Below, in pieces: positions 24,642-35,723 of a stretch of 64,000 nucleotides of DNA. Below the pieces are notes generated by a model. That model saw only the letters and a list, made by a program, of their open reading frames with translations. It was not told where the DNA came from and did not search any database. Origin of the DNA: Saprolegnia diclina VS20 (lineage: Eukaryota); the NCBI RefSeq assembly GCF_000281045.1, contig NW_008246109.1, forward strand, positions 412,558 through 476,557, read 5' to 3'. Numbering within the stretch: the stretch's first letter is position 1; each line of letters begins with the position of its first letter. Both the position numbers and the translations under genes were made by a program.

Positions 24642-26734
24642 ATGGCGGCGCCGCAGTTCCCGCTGGACCCGAGCTTGGCCGCGCTCATCATTGCGAGCTA
24701 CGAAGGCGAGACGCAGCATGGCGTCTTCCACGGGCACGGGTGCGCGACCTTTGTCAACGGCCAAGTGTATGTCGGGAGCTTCCTCGGTGGGCGCATGCAC
24801 GGCCACGGCGCGCTCACGTGGCCCGACGGCGTTACGTACGAAGGCGACTTTGAGTTCAACGAGGTCTCGGGCCGCGGCAAGTACGTTTGGCCCGACGAGA
24901 GCTGGTACGAGGGCGACGTGAGCCGCGGGCGCCGGCACGGCCACGGCTACTTTATGAGCAGCAACCGCGTCACGTCGTACGAAGGCGCGTGGGTGCACGG
25001 CTACCAGCACGGCTACGGCAAGCTCGTCTACGACGAGTTCCAGGGCATCGAGTACGAAGGCGACTGGGTCACGGGCCAGCGCCACGGCAAGGGCACGATG
25101 AAGTACGCCTCGGGCAACGTCTACGAAGGTCTCCCTACTATCAAGTTGATACTATAGATATATGAACGTGTGGTAGGCGACTGGGTCGACGGCAAGAAGG
25201 CGGGCAAGGGCACGATGCACTGGTTCGACGCCGCCGAGACGTACGACGGCGACTGGCACGACGACGTGCAGCACGGCGCNNNNNNNNNNNNNNNNNNNNN
25301 NNNNNNNNNNNNNNNNNNNNNNNNNNNNNNNNNNNNNNNNNNNNNNNNNNNNNNNNNNNNNNNNNNNNNNNNNNNNNNNNNNNNNNNNNNNNNNGCGCGC
25401 TACGAAGGCCACTGGGAAGACAACGTCAAGCACGGGCTCGGGCTCTTCTTCTTTGAAGATGGCACGATTTATGAAGGTACAAACCCTTCTTTCAACGAAA
25501 AGTATCAATATATCGAGCAGGCGAATTCGTCCGCGACCGCATGGTCGACATAAACGACAACAAGAGCAAGAACGCCGAGACGCTCCCGACGCTCGTCTTG
25601 TACATTGACGACATCCTCCGCCACGAAGAGAAATCGCGCGCGCTCAAAGCCACGCAGCACGCGGCAAGTCTCCGGTGCGAAAACACTGGAGCTGAGAACA
25701 CTGTGGCTCATAGGTCCTCCGCGCCAACACGGACCTGCGCAACGTCTACCGGCACTACGCGTCCTGCGGCGGCACGACGACGGCGCACGCGTCCACCGAA
25801 AACACCGTGCTCATGGAGATGCGGGAGCTCTGGCGGTTTAGCGCCGAGTGCCGCCTCAACGTGAGCATGGGCAAGCTCAACCGGTACCTCCTCGTGGTCC
25901 GCAACGCGCAAAACAAGGCCGTCAAGAAGCTGCGGATCCAGCGCGAGAAGAAGGTTCTCGTAGCATTCGAGTGGTCCTAAGATCTGAGATTGATGGGTAG
26001 CGCCGGCACATGAACAGTCGGGCCATGGACGCGATCGAGACGCCGCGGGAGAAGTGGACCGACATCCACGACCCGGACCGCGTCGTTTTGTTTCGCGAGT
26101 TCTGCGAGATCCTCGTGCGCATCGCGTGGGACGATGCGCTGGAGCGGGGCGAGGTCCTCTATTATTCCGGACAAGCTCTAGAAACGAAGCGTAGGTGGAC
26201 ATGACGGTCGCCGACGCTTTCACGTACCTCTATGACGCCAAGATCCACGACCACGCGTCGACGCCGATGCTGCCGATGGAAGCCATTGAGATCTCGGTGC
26301 ACAGCTTGGAGATGCAAACGGTGTTTCAAAAGTACCAGGAGCTACTCGAGAAGCTCTTTGCGCAGTACAGCGGGCCGGTCGCGACGCCCGAGAATGATTT
26401 GCACCTGACGACGGGCAACTTTGTGCTCATGCTCAAGGAGAAGCGGGGTCTTGGCGCCCTCGGCGTCCCCGGCGTCCTCAAGTGTCTGCGCAAAACCAAC
26501 GACGAGGAGGGCGGCGGAGATTTTGACCCGTTCCTGCTCGACGCCGAGCTCATTTACCCCGAATTCCTCGAAGCCATCGCCAAGGTGGCCATGGCGGCCG
26601 CCACGCGCAACCTCCCGATGCCAGTTCTCGTCGCCCAGTACATTCGCGATACGTTCGAGAAGCCACCGCGTGCGATGAGCCTCCGCCGGCTCACAACCGT
26701 TCTGGAGCCCAAGAAATCCATGACACACTTCTAG
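24642..26734 (+). CDS. MORN-repeat protein, RSPH10B-like (paralog 2, multi-exon, contains an N-gap)
   Basis: MORN repeats. Colinear with 17523-19650, including intron positions. Confidence 0.85.
25280..25394. other. Assembly gap (N run)
   Basis: Run of N. Confidence 1.
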
Positions 26735-27675
26735 TACACGAACTGTAAAGTTGTCAGCACGTACATTGCGCAATATTAGTGTTGGTTGACCTCGTAGTGG
26801 TCCGTGGCTCATATCTTATAGAGTCACTGACGTGGCAGCCGGAGCGAACAGCGTGCGCGACACCACGTGGTCGTGCAGAACGACGACTTGAGATTACAGC
26901 TCCGACTCCTGAGATGCGCCCGTCCCACACACGACGTCATTGGCGTCGCAGTCGTGGCGGCGAGGGTCTTGGACGTCCTGAGAGAGACGAGAAGGTGGCG
27001 ACGACTAAGGTGGTCAGCATCGGTAGTCGAGCGGATCATAGATGCTTGGAACACCCGAAACGCCCATCTCGCTGCCACGACGAACCAACGTTTCGGGAAA
27101 CCAGCTCGCCCTTCCAAAGACGACCGACTCTCTTCGCAGTCGAGTGACTCACAGCACGGACCACCGGCGTTCGGGTCCAACCTGGCTCACACTGTATTTT
27201 ATTCTGGTAGCAAACTCTGGACGACGTCCGCTGTGCCTAGCGAAGCTCCACAACACGCCTACCTCGTTCAACTGCCGACGAAGAGCACTGCTGAGGTCGT
27301 GAGAGCCGCTTCTTCCACGCGTAGTTGCTAGTGTCGGGCCTAAGAACCCGCGAGTTGATTGCTTCGGGCGTGCCAGCTGGTTCGCATTTTGACTTGATGT
27401 TTGTATGGCGTCGCACTGCTCATGCGTTCCATAGCGCAATGTGTCCTCGGTGCCCGATGTAATTTAAAACCAAACATTTTATTCTTTTCTCCATTTGTAT
27501 TCTAGTGCATACAATATCCTAATGAAATGGGCAGTAAAATAAACCGAACGTGGAAAATTGTTTCAACCACAAGCCAGGCTCGGCATCTGTCTCGGGAATC
27601 GAACTGGTTGCTCACTCTGCGGGCTCTCTCGCGCGAACGCTGCGGTGGCCATGTCATTTCCTAATCTCCACTGCC

Positions 27676-28626
27676 ATGCGCGTCTCGACTGCTTCGATCC
27701 TCGCCGTGCTCGCGTCGACGGCCTCCGCCAAGATGGCCAACCACCAGTGCGTCGACATCTACCGCGGCGCCCGCTACTGCTTTGAAGCCGACGGCGTCGT
27801 CTGCGGCGCGTCCGAAGGCGCCTGCCCCAAGGCCGGCACGAAGGCCGGCGCCCGCTGCCTCGACTTCCTTGAGAGCTACAACGGCGACTCGTGCGTGCTC
27901 CCGCGCGACACGGTCTGCGAGGAAATGGACAACAAGTGGCGCTGCGTCCTGCCCGGCAAGCCGTCCGAGCAGTCGCACGGCTACGTCACTGCGCCTGGCA
28001 CGCAGCCCACCAAGACGGAGATGGCGCAGCCCCGCCACGGCGGCCTCGGCTCGCCCAAGACCCACAAGCCCCATACGCCGGCCCCGACGACCGAGGACGT
28101 CGATAACGACGAAGGCAGCGACTCGACCGAGGGCAGCGACTCGGACAGTGGTAGCAGCAACAACGAATCGGATGATGGCAGCGACGATGACGCCACCACA
28201 AAGCCTCTCGGTGACAGCGCCAACACCAACCCCAACGACACGGGCGGCATCGACGACACGATGGCGTCTGTCCTCGGCAACCCTGTGACACAGGCGCCGA
28301 CCAACTACACGCTCGGCGACGCCGCGACGGCTGCGCCGACCACCGAGACGGTCCATTCGGTCTCGAACCAGGCCGAGAGCGGTGCGACAGGTGTCAACGA
28401 AGCGCCGTCGCAGGGCATGGTGGCCGTGTACGCCGTTGGCGGTATCGCGTGCGTGGCGGCGGCCATGTTCGCCGTGCACAAGCGCCGGGCGACGTTGAAG
28501 GCCAAGGCCGACGACGAGTGCCTCGTGACGCCGGCCGTGCCGCACCCGGACATCCTGCCCAAGGAGGGCTCGACGACGCCGACGCTCATGGCCTCGACCG
28601 AGAAGATCAAGGTCACCAACGTCTAA
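27676..28626 (+). CDS. Type I membrane/cell-surface protein: signal peptide, oomycete Cys-rich domain, acidic S/T-rich mucin-like stalk and TM
   Basis: Signal MRVSTASILAVLASTASA. Domain GARYC...CG...CPKAG...C...LESY...CVLPRDTVC...WRCVLP, like oomycete cyst/mucin-like Cys repeats. TM VAVYAVGGIACVAAAMFAV. Confidence 0.75.
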   Translation: MRVSTASILAVLASTASAKMANHQCVDIYRGARYCFEADGVVCGASEGACPKAGTKAGARCLDFLESYNGDSCVLPRDTVCEEMDNKWRCVLPGKPSEQSHGYVTAPGTQPTKTEMAQPRHGGLGSPKTHKPHTPAPTTEDVDNDEGSDSTEGSDSDSGSSNNESDDGSDDDATTKPLGDSANTNPNDTGGIDDTMASVLGNPVTQAPTNYTLGDAATAAPTTETVHSVSNQAESGATGVNEAPSQGMVAVYAVGGIACVAAAMFAVHKRRATLKAKADDECLVTPAVPHPDILPKEGSTTPTLMASTEKIKVTNV

Positions 28627-28916
28627 GCCCTCTCGTGTCTTCGTCGTAATTCATTAACTTGGCGCTCGATATATGTTGTACCCTATGACCACTTGCCCGC
28701 TTCAACATCGCCCAGAGCTTCGAGCTCATGAGCTCCTACGGAGCGTCTGTCAAGATGGAACCAGACGTCCAGAAACGTGTAGCGTCGCCAGAGTCAGGTC
28801 ATCGAAGGCTCGATCCAGCGCCGCATTCCATCGCGTTTTGCCCATGAGCAGTGATTATTTTACGTCGGGTTAAAGGGTTCAACCTATTTTACGTTCGCCA
28901 CACTTTGATTTCAACG

Positions 28917-30054
28917 ATGGGCGTCGACTGGGCCCGCCGGGTGGGAACGTTCTGCGTCGCCGCGCCGCTGGCGATCTACCTCCTCTGCAGCGCGACGGGT
29001 ACGGCCGCGCTCACGATGCTCATCCAGACGGGCTGCCTCCTCGAGTTCCGCCTCAACGTCTGCCCGCAGATCCTGCAGCACATGGCTGGGCGGAAGCCAG
29101 CGCATGTACGTCGCTGCGAGGTCGTCTGGCTCTGGCTGAGGATGCATAGGCGCCGTGGCTGCACGCGCTGACGCTTGCTGGTCTCGGCGCGCTGGTCGCT
29201 GCCGCCGCCACATTCGACAAGTGGACCCATGGTATAGCTCCTATGCATGCGGCTTCTCGTCTCATACAAGGTAGATGCAACGGCCGCCGGCGTGTACTTT
29301 GCCGTCTTTCTTCTGCATCTCCTCATGGCCAAGGGCCAGCGCGAGCCGACGCTGCACGCAGGCCTGTTGAGCCTTGTCTTGGACCTTGTCGCGCTCTGCT
29401 ACATTGTCCAGTGCGTCCATCACAACATTGACTCGCACTCATGACGAGCACGTAGCGGCTTTGGCCACGCAATCCTCGTGCGCCAGGCGTCGTCGACGTA
29501 CGGCATGGGTCTGCAGGTACACTGCTGCTCCGGCTCAGTTCTCACGGTGGCGTTCTAGATCATGACGGTGGCCTGCTCGTGGATCTGCGATACAGGCGCG
29601 CTCGTCGCCGGCTCGCTCTTTGGCAATGCCAAGCTACTCGCTGCCATCTCGCCGGGCAAGACGGTCGCCGGCGGCCTCGGTGGCATCGTCTTTAGCGTTG
29701 CTACGGTCGTCGGCGCCTCGCTCCTCCCACGTACGTCCTGTTTGTCGGTGCGAACATTAGCCTCACGTGCAGCTAGCGGCCTATGCGTGTCTGCCGCCGC
29801 TCTCGCTTCTGCATCAAGTGCTTTTGGGCATCGCTATGGGCATCGCATGCATCGCCGGCGACCTCGTCGAGTCATACTTGAAGCGCGTCGCCCAGGTCAA
29901 AGACTCGGGTACGTGTGCTCGTTGCTGCAAACTGCTTGGCTCATGCGGGGCAGGCGTCTTCTTCCCCGGCCACGGCGGCTGCCTCGACCGCATGGACAGC
30001 CTCCTCTTCGTCGCGCCCTTGATGTACTACTGGACGACGGCCATGGGCATCTAG
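28917..30054 (+). CDS. CDS: Phosphatidate cytidylyltransferase (CDP-diacylglycerol synthase), multi-exon
   Basis: WICDTGA, ISPGKTVAG and GDLVESYLKR...KDSG.FFPGHGGCLDRMDS signature. Confidence 0.92.
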
Positions 30055-30091
30055 ATACATTCAAACCAAGTTGCAGCTCTATAATACGACT

Positions 30092-30583
30092 CTAGTTGTT
30101 GACGAACGCGCGCTTCTGGCGGCGCTTGGCCTTGGACGGCGGTGCGTCCTCTGCGATCGACTCGAGAAGCGTCTCGACGGGCGGCTGCTCCGTAGTCGTC
30201 ATCTTGGGCGTCGTCTCCGCCGTCTTCTTCTGGATAAACTTGACGCGCTGCTCGCGGCTGCCGCCCAGCAACGACGAGTACTTGCCGTGGCGGGGCATGA
30301 AGATACCACGCTCTTCCTCGGGCACCGTAAAGTGCGTCGGGCGGATGAAGGTGCGCTGCGTGCTTGCCTCGTACGCCAAGCGCGCGTCGGTCTCTTCGCT
30401 GTCGAGCTTGGCGAGCGCAACGTCCAGCGGGTCCTTGGGCTGGCGCAGCTTGCCAATGTAGATGATACCCAGGCACACGACGACGACGACGATGTGCGCG
30501 CCCATGATGTGCTTCCAGACACCCTTGAGGCCATAGACCATAGCGAAGAGGATGGCCACGTGGATGCGTCTGAACTCCGTCAT
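30092..30583 (-). CDS. Hypothetical small membrane protein; a possible extra 5' exon starts at 30671 (MGGGIFYRMPPGN)
   Basis: Coding-like ORF with the hydrophobic segment HIVVVVVCLGIIYIG. Confidence 0.6.
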   Translation of the reverse strand: MTEFRRIHVAILFAMVYGLKGVWKHIMGAHIVVVVVCLGIIYIGKLRQPKDPLDVALAKLDSEETDARLAYEASTQRTFIRPTHFTVPEEERGIFMPRHGKYSSLLGGSREQRVKFIQKKTAETTPKMTTTEQPPVETLLESIAEDAPPSKAKRRQKRAFVNN

Positions 30584-31053
30584 GTCCGTCTTGCTTTGCT
30601 CTCTGCCTGCGTGGACTCGGAACGCCGGATACGTTGCCAGGTGGCATCCGGTAAAAAATGCCGCCACCCATCTTGCCCGTGCCGAAAACAAATCTTTCGA
30701 TGCCGAATTTAGCAAAGCGGTCCCTCCACCTCGCCGCTCTCGGCCACGCCACGAGGAATCGTCTGCGCGTCGCCTGCAGTGGTCATGGCCTGGAGTGCTC
30801 TGCGCGAAGCTCCTTGGCGCGCTGGAGAGAGGTCTGTCCTGCCCAACTCTGCCGGACAGGCGCCACGGGCAGAGTTCACGCGCTTGCAACGCGGTCTCGT
30901 CGACGCGGGCCTCGCCACTCGGTATACGACGTCGCTCCATGAACAAGCTGTCTACAGTATAAAGAAGCGCTGGGTGATGGGAAACGACAAGGTGAAAGAC
31001 GCTTCGAATTGTTCGCCGCAAAAGGGCGGCGGTGTAAGTTAACAAGGAGATTC

Positions 31054-31470
31054 TTAGCCGGGGTAATGTGCCGACTCGATGCTGACGTAGCCTTCGCGGC
31101 GGCTGCTTGGCGGAAGGCCGAGACGTTCGCAGAGCAAGATGCAACCAAAGAGGAGGAAGCCGAGGAAGATGAGCACAAACACTTGGCGCGTCTTGTTGAA
31201 CGACGTGTCAGGGGCCGGCCCCGGCGCACAAGTACATGCCGACGACCCGATTGGCGGGCAGGCGTGCTCGGTGCTGCAGCAGCAGTACTGCTCCGGCGCC
31301 GGGATGAGGCCGCAAAACTTGCCAGCCGAGGAGTTGTAGGCGCGGTCGCACTGCCCGGACGCGGCGCAGGCTTTGCAGGCCGAGGGCGCCGGTGTCGACG
31401 GGCTCTCTGCGAAAGCGGTAGCGAGAAGGAGCGTGAGCAGGAGGCTCCAAAGTACTGTGGGCCGTGGCAT
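31054..31470 (-). CDS. 10-Cys ectodomain single-pass membrane protein, member A
   Basis: Signal peptide, then CKACAASGQC..AY...GKFCG...CCC...C...CTC, TM VFVLIFLGFLLFGCILLC and a short tail. Confidence 0.8.
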   Translation of the reverse strand: MPRPTVLWSLLLTLLLATAFAESPSTPAPSACKACAASGQCDRAYNSSAGKFCGLIPAPEQYCCCSTEHACPPIGSSACTCAPGPAPDTSFNKTRQVFVLIFLGFLLFGCILLCERLGLPPSSRREGYVSIESAHYPG

Positions 31471-31826
31471 CTGGTGCGTTGATCTGGAATTTGGAAATGC
31501 CAAGAGCATCACATCACGCAAAACAGATGGTGCGTGACCTTTGTCCCGTGATGGGCCAACTTCAAGTGCGATCTGGCGGACCGCTTGCGAGGGACATCGA
31601 GCGGCTGGCGGCGGCGGTTCCACTCGACCAGCGCTCTCAAAGCTCAGCAATGCTACAAGTATATTGTTGCATCGTCGGAAGACGACGAGGGTAGCGGTGT
31701 TGCGCATGCGGTGTCATAGGCTCTGCCGTCCTCGTGGCTTTGTCGCCCGACGCAAAGGCTAGCGTATGGAGCTCGTCGCTAACACCCGCGGACGCCCAGG
31801 GTTCGTCAGTCATTTGCGATACGAGC

Positions 31827-32177
31827 ATGGCTCCCCGCGCCTTCTTTGCTCTTCTCGTTCTCGTCGCTGCAGTTGCCGCGGCCACGACGCCGGCGTCGAC
31901 CTGCCATGCGTGTGCGACCACCGGACGCTGCGCCGATGTCAAGTACTGCGGTGTGTGGCCGACAACCGGCGCCTGCTGCTGTAAGCTCGACGCTGTGTGC
32001 CCTGTTCCAATGAGCGACGGGACGTGCAAATGCCGAGAAGCGGCGGCGACGCCGTCGACGCTCCCGTGGTTCGTCTTCCTCGTGTGCTTCTTCATTGGCA
32101 TGGTGCGGCTCGTCAGCGACAACCCCGTCGAGGCAGGCCTCAGCCCTGTCGCGACGGCTCTCGGGTACTCCTTTTAA
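31827..32177 (+). CDS. 10-Cys ectodomain single-pass membrane protein, member B
   Basis: Signal peptide, then CHACATTGRC...KYCGVW...CCC...C...CKC, and TM LPWFVFLVCFFIGMV. Confidence 0.8.
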   Translation: MAPRAFFALLVLVAAVAAATTPASTCHACATTGRCADVKYCGVWPTTGACCCKLDAVCPVPMSDGTCKCREAAATPSTLPWFVFLVCFFIGMVRLVSDNPVEAGLSPVATALGYSF

Positions 32178-32677
32178 CATGACGCCCACCTACATCTGCA
32201 TCCAGTACGACGATAAAACGATGCTCTTTACTTGATCGATGCCATCGCTAAACTGTGCACTTGCCGTGGCGCTCATCGCATACCTACAGCCCAAATGCAC
32301 CAGCAACTCACATCTGGACTCAACTTGGTCGTACTTTTGGTACACCAGTGCGACTGGCTCGCTCACTTGGCAACCGAAAGCTGAAGAGCTGCACGAGCGA
32401 TCATTGTACTAGTAGTGCTCAGTGCTGAGATGAGACGCTACAGCGAGGTCGTCGCGCGCAGTGCTCAGCTCTTAGTTGCCGAAGCGAGGTGTCGAGAGGC
32501 AGTGTACGTCGGCACTGTTCTCTTGAACTACCGAGGAGACAGCCGCCACGACACAAGACGAGGATCGAGCGAAGAATACTCGACACGCGATCTGATTGGC
32601 CAAGCGTGGATAAAGATACGCTCTCGGCCAATGAGACGCTGGCATTTTCTTCTTCTTCAATTTGCGAAATGCACTCG

Positions 32678-34432
32678 ATGGCGGGAACCTGGTCGCTGCC
32701 GATGGACGTCATCGAACTCATCGCGATGCAAGTGGCATGTCCTTCGAGCCTCTCAGCGCTGCTGAGCGCCCTGCCCCCACCCGCCGTGACACCCGCGCTC
32801 GCGGCGCTTCAAGCGCTGACGCAGCAACCGACGACCGCGCGCGTCTCGTGGCCTCGCGTCACGTTCCTCTCAACAGCATCGGCCTCGACGCACGCGCATC
32901 TCACGAAGCTCATACGCCACGGGGTTCAGATTGAGCTTGTTTTGCGCCAGCCTCGGGACATCCTCGAGGCCGCCGTGCCGCTGACCGCCGTGACCAGAGT
33001 CCACATTGCACCAACCAAACCGCTCGCGGAAGCCGACGGCGTCATGCTGCTCCTCGCTCTGGAGCGCGCGCCTCTCGAGCGCATGATAATCAACGCAGCT
33101 CGACAAGANNNNNNNNNNNNNNNNNNNNNNNNNNNNNNNNNNNNNNNNNNNNNNNNNNNNNNNNNNNNNNNNNNNNNNNNNNNNNNNNNNNNNNNNNNNN
33201 NNNNNNNNGTTGTGCTCGTCGGAGATTCGCGGACGTCGTTGCCACCAACTGCGGACGCGGATCTGCAAGCGTGGCTGTCGTCCGGCCGATCGCTGTGCTT
33301 GCGGGGCTTGCACATCTCGGCGGCGCTCGCCGGAGCGCTGGCGCAGGCGTCCTCGCTGCAGTCACTCACCTTGGATCGCGTGCTCGGACTCTCGGGACCG
33401 GTCATCCTGCCGGCATCGCTGACGACGCTCTCGTGGATCTTTGACGCCCGCCCATTGGCGTCTACAGCCGTGGCGGCGTCGCTTGTCTCGGCGCCTCGCT
33501 TGACGCACTTGACACTTGACGGCGGCCTCTGTCCCGATGCTGTAGCAACAGCCCTCATGGCGCTGCCCGCGCTGTCGTCGCTGCGCCTGCATGGCCTCGC
33601 GCTCTCCTCGTCGCTTCTCGCCGCGCTACCACAGCTCCAACACCTCGACCACTTGGACCTCGGCGGCCACGCGTTCGGAGCGTTTGCGTCGGCGCTCGCG
33701 GAGACGCTTCCGCTATGCGGTCGCTTGACGTCGCTGGACTTGCGCCAGCGTAAACTGCCAGCGTCGGCCTTGCACCTACAAGGCCTCCGTCGCGCGCTCG
33801 TGCAGATGCCTCGTCTCCGCCGCCTCGCTTGGACGAGCGCGGGTGTCGGTGACTGCCTTCTCCCACACCTCAGCGCGCTCTCCCTTTCAAATGACCCGTG
33901 CGTGTACCCGACGTACCGGCCCATCGTCATGGACAACATCGGGTCTCTTGGCGCGCTAGTCGAGCTGGCGCTGACAAAGAACGAGCTCGACGACCGCGGT
34001 GCGCGCGCGTTAAGCGAGGTGCTGCCGCGCTGCAGAAAGCTGCGGTCGCTCGATGTGCACGGCAACGCCTTTACGAGCCGCGGGCTCGATGCGCTCTTGG
34101 ACGGCCTCCCACGCTCGCTCAGCGCGCTCAACGTCGTGTCCCGAGGGTACTACTGGTCGGGCATCGACGCTGTCCTCACGGCCATGACGCACGCGACGTG
34201 GCGGTCGCTGGACGTCGCTGTCAACTACGAGCACGACCTCGACCGCGCCTTGCGCTGGCTCCTGGCTCACACGCAGTTTGTCGTAGCGTTGCCGCCGCAT
34301 GCGAGTAGCATCAAGCCGCAGAGCCGGACACTCGTCGATGCGATTGACGCGAGTCGCACGGGCCACGCCTGCGCCGTCCGCCTCCACCTCCGGGACACCC
34401 CCGCTAGCGCCTTTCTCGATCCGTACAAATGA
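32678..34432 (+). CDS. RNI-like leucine-rich-repeat protein with an F-box-like N-terminus (contains an N-gap)
   Basis: N-terminal LPMDVIELIA. LRRs LQHLDHLDLGGH, LVELALTKNELDDRGARAL and LRSLDVHGNAF. Confidence 0.75.
   Translation: MAGTWSLPMDVIELIAMQVACPSSLSALLSALPPPAVTPALAALQALTQQPTTARVSWPRVTFLSTASASTHAHLTKLIRHGVQIELVLRQPRDILEAAVPLTAVTRVHIAPTKPLAEADGVMLLLALERAPLERMIINAARQXXXXXXXXXXXXXXXXXXXXXXXXXXXXXXXXXXVVLVGDSRTSLPPTADADLQAWLSSGRSLCLRGLHISAALAGALAQASSLQSLTLDRVLGLSGPVILPASLTTLSWIFDARPLASTAVAASLVSAPRLTHLTLDGGLCPDAVATALMALPALSSLRLHGLALSSSLLAALPQLQHLDHLDLGGHAFGAFASALAETLPLCGRLTSLDLRQRKLPASALHLQGLRRALVQMPRLRRLAWTSAGVGDCLLPHLSALSLSNDPCVYPTYRPIVMDNIGSLGALVELALTKNELDDRGARALSEVLPRCRKLRSLDVHGNAFTSRGLDALLDGLPRSLSALNVVSRGYYWSGIDAVLTAMTHATWRSLDVAVNYEHDLDRALRWLLAHTQFVVALPPHASSIKPQSRTLVDAIDASRTGHACAVRLHLRDTPASAFLDPYK
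33109..33208. other. Assembly gap (100 N)
   Basis: Run of N. Confidence 1.
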
Positions 34433-34574
34433 CGTGGCCGAGCCAGTTACACGTTACCTTGCTATCCAATTATCCAGTCGTATGGATACCTACCAGTTGA
34501 AGCCACAAGTTTATACTCTGATGCGTACTCTGTCAAAGATGTAGACGCAAGAACCGGTTGTAGACTGTGTTGGA

Positions 34575-35723
34575 TTATAAGCAAATGACCGCGGCAATGG
34601 CGGCGGCAGCGATGGCTCGGTTGTCCATTGTGAAGGGCCCGGTCTTCTCGGGCGCCCGCTGGCGCTGCGCGACCATGACGTCGTGCGCAGCTGGGTTGAA
34701 GCAGAACGAGAGACGCGTCGGCCGCGGCGCCGTCTGCAACAGCTGCTGGATCTCGGGCAACGTCAGGTACAAAGCCCGCGTCTCGCCCACCAGCATAAGT
34801 TCGTAGTGGTGGGTGACGCCGATCTGCGCGAGGGGGCTCTCAGCGCTCAGAAGCCGGGCCATCGGAGGCGGCGGTGGTGGCACAAACTCGAGCGTTTGCT
34901 CGCGGCCGAGGTCGTGGTTGCGCTTGAGGTCCTGCATGATCACGTCAAAGTTGCGCTCCGAGACCACCGCACCGTTGGCAAAGACGAGGAGGAAGCCCGG
35001 GTGGATGTTGCCGTACTCACGCTGGACGCGCTTGATGTACACCTGCCGCGTCGCCTTCTCGATGCCAAACGTGATGCCGATCGGCCCTTGCTTCCACCGC
35101 AGCGTGATGCGCGGCTGGCTGTACGGCGCGCCGCTGTGGCGAGTCTTGGACCGACAGATCTCGAGCCCAAGCGCCTCGCCGCGCCAGAGATACTCGATGA
35201 TCTGCGGCGGGTGCGATCGACTGCGAGGCTTTACGGGCGACGATGGCGACGGCACAAAGGCCGACGTGGCCTGGAGCGGTGGCAACGGCGTTGACGCAGG
35301 CGGTGGCTTGCACTCGTCGTCGTCGCCACTCGATGGCATGCCTTCGTCGTCGTCGTCGGTCCGCGGTGCATCGACGTCGACGCCGTCATCGTCACCGGCG
35401 GCTACACGAGGGCGTGAGCAACGACGCACTAACATAGACTTGTACCAAGGTCGTCGTCGTCGTCTTCGCTGTCGCTGCCAGAGACGTCGTTCTCGAGGCG
35501 CGAAATGCGGCGGCACGACTACACGAAGCGTGAGGCTTCCTTCAAGGCAGGCAGGTGCGTACGCCATCGCAGACGACGTCGCAGGTGCACTCGGGCGTCG
35601 AGTTGGACCGCTTGATGGAGCACGAGCGCTGAAGGCGGTGGAGGAGCTCCGGCGACACGTCGTCTTCAGAGGCCATGGATGGTCGACTGGAGCGGTGGCA
35701 CTGACTTCGCCGGCATAGAGCAT
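34575..35723 (-). CDS. PDZ-like domain protein with a C-terminal hydrophobic tail (start uncertain)
   Basis: WKQGPIGITF (GLGF-like loop), VYIKRV and IHPGFLLVFANG, then a second degenerate PDZ-like segment. Ends AIAAAAIAAVICL. Confidence 0.65.
   Translation of the reverse strand: MLYAGEVSATAPVDHPWPLKTTCRRSSSTAFSARAPSSGPTRRPSAPATSSAMAYAPACLEGSLTLRVVVPPHFAPRERRLWQRQRRRRRRPWYKSMLVRRCSRPRVAAGDDDGVDVDAPRTDDDDEGMPSSGDDDECKPPPASTPLPPLQATSAFVPSPSSPVKPRSRSHPPQIIEYLWRGEALGLEICRSKTRHSGAPYSQPRITLRWKQGPIGITFGIEKATRQVYIKRVQREYGNIHPGFLLVFANGAVVSERNFDVIMQDLKRNHDLGREQTLEFVPPPPPPMARLLSAESPLAQIGVTHHYELMLVGETRALYLTLPEIQQLLQTAPRPTRLSFCFNPAAHDVMVAQRQRAPEKTGPFTMDNRAIAAAAIAAVICL

Noticed and set aside
26780..27450. 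Overlapping ORFs in the spacer after MORN-2, and similarly at 42300-43300
   Set aside because: They lack codon bias and domain motifs, so they are treated as intergenic.
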